From Spirochaetia bacterium (lineage in GTDB: Bacteria; Spirochaetota; Spirochaetia; SZUA-6; Bin103), in assembly GCA_965203055.1 (NCBI GenBank), contig OZ241863.1, positions 4,000,001 through 4,064,000 of the forward strand: a stretch of DNA of 64,000 nt, written 5' to 3'. The notes beneath the pieces were generated by a model that was not told where the DNA came from, did not search any database, and saw only the letters and a list, made by a program, of their open reading frames with translations. This document shows, one piece after another, positions 61,192-64,000 of this stretch (position 1 is its first letter; each line of letters opens with the position of its first letter). The position numbers and the translations under genes were made by a program.

Positions 61192-62016
61192 TCAGACAGG
61201 CCGCAGGACGAACAGTCCGAGGAGGCCCGCGGGGATCAGGTACAGGGCGAACAAATGCAGCCGGCCGCGCCGTACGATGCGCAACAGGAGGGTGAGCGCC
61301 AGCCAGCCGACCGCGAACGAGGCGAGCAGTCCGCCGGCGATGGCCGGCGCGCCGACCGCGCCGCCAAGGGCGGACGCCTCCGGCAATGACACCGCCAGCG
61401 CGCCGAGGATTGCCGGCACCGCGGCCAGGAACGAAAACTCGGCTGCCCGCTCGCGGTCCGCGCCGGCCAGCACCCCCGCGGCGATCGTCGCGCCGGACCG
61501 CGAGATGCCCGGCACCACCGCCACCCCCTGCACGATTCCCACCAGCAGCGCCCAGTGCCAGCGCGGCTGCCAGGCCGGCCGCGGCAGCGCTGCGCCGCGC
61601 AGCAGCCGGGCGGCGATCAGGGCCGCCGCGGTGACCAGCAACATGAGGGCCGCGGCGCGCGGTTCCCGCGGCAGTCCCAGCCGTTGCAGCGCCATCCCCA
61701 CGCCGCCGGTCGCCAGACTGGCAAGCGCCAGCAACAGCAGGAGCCGCCGATCGGCGCCATGTTCGGCGCGGCGCCGCGGCGGCGGCCGCAACAGGTCCGC
61801 GGCGGCGCCGAACAGGCCCGCCAGCCGGCGCCGGAACACTACCCCCACCGCGGCCAGCGTCGACAGGTGCAGCAGGACGTCGAACAGCAGCGGCACGTCG
61901 CCCACGCCCAGTATCTCGCGCAGCAATACGAGGTGGCCGGAGCTGGAGACCGGCAGGAACTCGGTGGCCCCCTGCAGCGCGCCGAGCAGCGCCGATTGCC
62001 AGAGGTTCAGGGTCAC
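61192..62016 (-). CDS. uppP: undecaprenyl-diphosphate phosphatase
   Basis: QGATEFLPVSSSGHL, PGISRSGATI and AAEFSF. Confidence 0.95.
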   Translation of the reverse strand: MTLNLWQSALLGALQGATEFLPVSSSGHLVLLREILGVGDVPLLFDVLLHLSTLAAVGVVFRRRLAGLFGAAADLLRPPPRRRAEHGADRRLLLLLALASLATGGVGMALQRLGLPREPRAAALMLLVTAAALIAARLLRGAALPRPAWQPRWHWALLVGIVQGVAVVPGISRSGATIAAGVLAGADRERAAEFSFLAAVPAILGALAVSLPEASALGGAVGAPAIAGGLLASFAVGWLALTLLLRIVRRGRLHLFALYLIPAGLLGLFVLRPV

Positions 62017-62699
62017 CGCCGCGCTCCGCAGGCGCTGCCGGCCGCCGTCCGGAGCAGGATCAGGTGGCGCTGCGCCTTCAGAAAGGGCACCGCGAGGGGC
62101 ACCACCTGCGCCTGCAGCTCCGCGCCGGCGAGCTCGCGGCCGGCCGCCAGCTCCCGTTGGACGGTGGCCGCGGTGCCCTGGTACAGGGCTACCGTGGAGC
62201 CGCGGTGCAGCACCGGGCGCAGCTCCGGCAGCAACCGCGCCAGCGGCGCCACGGCCCGCCAGGTCACCACGTCGAACGGCGCCAGCCGGGCCTCCGCCAG
62301 CGGCTGGCCGACGATGGTCAGCTCCGGCAGCGCCAGCTCGCGCCGTACGTGGTGGAGAAACGCCGCCCGCCGCGCGCTGCGCTCCACCAGGGTGACCCGG
62401 GATTCGGGCAGCGCCAGGGCCAGCGGCACGCCGGGCAGGCCGGCGCCGCTGCCCACGTCCAGCAGCGTGGCGCGCGGGTCTACCTGCCGCAACGCCGGAA
62501 CCGCGGCCAGGCTGTCCAGCAGATGGTGGGTTACCAGCCGCCGGCGGTCCGCGCGGACCAGTCGGTAGACCGGGTTGGCGGCGTCGATCAGATCGACGAA
62601 CCGGGCCAGTGCCGCTTCCAACGCGCCGTCCCGATCCAGCCCCAGGCAGCGCAACCCGCGGCGCAGCAGCTCGTACGCCGCGGTCGGTGCGCTATCCAA
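62013..62699 (-). CDS. rsmG: 16S rRNA m7G527 methyltransferase
   Basis: HLLDSL, LDVGSGAGLPGVPLA and TWRAVA. Confidence 0.92.
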   Translation of the reverse strand: MDSAPTAAYELLRRGLRCLGLDRDGALEAALARFVDLIDAANPVYRLVRADRRRLVTHHLLDSLAAVPALRQVDPRATLLDVGSGAGLPGVPLALALPESRVTLVERSARRAAFLHHVRRELALPELTIVGQPLAEARLAPFDVVTWRAVAPLARLLPELRPVLHRGSTVALYQGTAATVQRELAAGRELAGAELQAQVVPLAVPFLKAQRHLILLRTAAGSACGARR

Positions 62700-62730
62700 A
62701 GCGCCGGACCATTCCTATCATGGCGCTGCG

Positions 62731-63186
62731 ATGGATGACACCGACCTCAGCGGCCTCGACCCGGCGGCGGCGCGGGAATACGTTCACGGGTTCCTGACCA
62801 CCTATCGGCTCACTGTCAAGCGGCGCCAACAACTCGACGGCGAGCGCCGCACCTGGGAGGCGCGGGTGGCGCGCGCGGCGGCGGCCGGCGACGACCGGCT
62901 GCGGGACGCGGCGCGCGCCGAGCTGAGCCGGGTGCAGAGCGACTTCGGCCGGGTGGCCGCCGAGGAGGCGGAGCTCAGCGCGCAGGTCGACGTGCTGCAG
63001 CGCCATCTGCGCCAGCTCCGCGCCAGCGCCGCCCCGACCGTCGATACCGACCAGCTCCTGGCGCAACTCCGGGAGCTGGTCGGGGAGGATGCCGGCCTGC
63101 GGGCCGAGCTCGACCGCCTGTCCGCCGAACGACGCGCCGCCGCGGAACTGGAGGACCTCAAGCGCCGCATGGGCCGGGAGCAATAG
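62731..63186 (+). CDS. coiled-coil hypothetical protein (PspA-like character)
   Basis: Helical, WEARVARA...LRDAA and a C-terminal ELEDLKRRMG. Confidence 0.7.
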   Translation: MDDTDLSGLDPAAAREYVHGFLTTYRLTVKRRQQLDGERRTWEARVARAAAAGDDRLRDAARAELSRVQSDFGRVAAEEAELSAQVDVLQRHLRQLRASAAPTVDTDQLLAQLRELVGEDAGLRAELDRLSAERRAAAELEDLKRRMGREQ

Positions 63187-63188
63187 GG

Positions 63189-64000
63189 TCACAGCGGTTC
63201 CCGCGCGGGCGCGGCGGCGATCCAACGGCCCGGCCGGGCGCCGGCGTCCGCGCCGCCGCGCAGCACCAGAGTGACGGCGCCGCGCGCTGCGGCCGGGCCG
63301 GCGGGAGCGCCCTCACGGCCGGCGCCGTCCAGCTCGGCTTCGGGGTCGAGCACCATCAGGTCGGCATCGCAGCCCGGATAGAGGCGGCCCTTGCCGGGCA
63401 GTCCGAGCAGCCGCGCCGGCTGCCCGCAGAGCAAGCCCGCCAGCTCCTCCAGAGTCACCCGGCCGGCGGCGACTCCGGCCCACCACAGGCGCGCGGTGAG
63501 CTGCGTTCCGGCACCGGGTCCGACACTCACCGCGGCGACGACGCCGGCGCGCACCTCCCGCCACCAGGCGGCGGCCGCCTCCCCCGCGCCCAGCAGCAGC
63601 TCGCCCGGGACCGCCACCGCAACGCCGCCGCCCGGCCCCCCGCTGCGGCGCGCGGCGGCCACCGCCCGCCGCATGCCGCTCGCGCCGGCCGGAGCCAGCA
63701 ACACCCGACAGCCGTCCCGCGGCCGCGGCCGGCCACCGACTCCCGTCTCCATGGTGCGCGCCCGGTCGCTGAACAGGATCAAGGTTGCCCCGCAGTGACC
63801 GAGCACCCGCACCAGCACCTCGGCCTGATGGCCGGGCCGCGCGCCGGCGAAGGCGCTGTCGTCGGCCGCGAACGCCGCGCACCCGTTACCGAATACGGCC
63901 TCGGGCAGCGCATCGAGCTCCCGCTCCAGGGCAGTCAACAGCGGCACCGGCACCGCGTCTACGCCGGGCGGCGCGGCTCCGCGCGCCGCCGCGCCGTCCA
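63189..64000 (-). CDS. amidohydrolase-family protein C-terminal part (degenerate-looking), start probably outside the window
   Basis: QPARLLGLPGKGRLYPGCDADLMVLDP is the typical amidohydrolase C-terminal motif. Confidence 0.6.
   Translation of the reverse strand, partial: DGAAARGAAPPGVDAVPVPLLTALERELDALPEAVFGNGCAAFAADDSAFAGARPGHQAEVLVRVLGHCGATLILFSDRARTMETGVGGRPRPRDGCRVLLAPAGASGMRRAVAAARRSGGPGGGVAVAVPGELLLGAGEAAAAWWREVRAGVVAAVSVGPGAGTQLTARLWWAGVAAGRVTLEELAGLLCGQPARLLGLPGKGRLYPGCDADLMVLDPEAELDGAGREGAPAGPAAARGAVTLVLRGGADAGARPGRWIAAAPAREPL

Overview
High-GC bacterial chromosomal window with about 55 CDS and one tRNA(CAT). The right end carries core genes (ftsK, uppP, rsmG). The rest is mostly sugar/sugar-acid catabolism (alpha-glucoside ABC transporter, two GH2 hydrolases, xylonate dehydratase plus an FAH-family dehydratase, epimerases, Zn-dehydrogenases, sulfatase, two PhyH dioxygenases) interleaved with defence-type loci. 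The main finding is a Type III restriction-modification locus arranged mod1(+) res(+) mod2(-). The two mod paralogues share near-identical 5' and 3' arms but have unrelated central target-recognition regions, so they form nested inverted repeats around a single res gene. This is a candidate invertible, specificity-switching Type III system; no recombinase gene is present in the window. Other accessory items are a low-GC, translationally coupled three-gene TIGR04255 operon of unknown function, a low-GC NYN nuclease insert beside a collapsed DUF1156 methylase, an internally shortened DUF262/DUF1524 gene, an orphan adenine methylase and a VapBC pair with an extended antitoxin. Family calls come from motif recognition by eye, not database searches. 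A Spirochaetota host is inferred, not shown.
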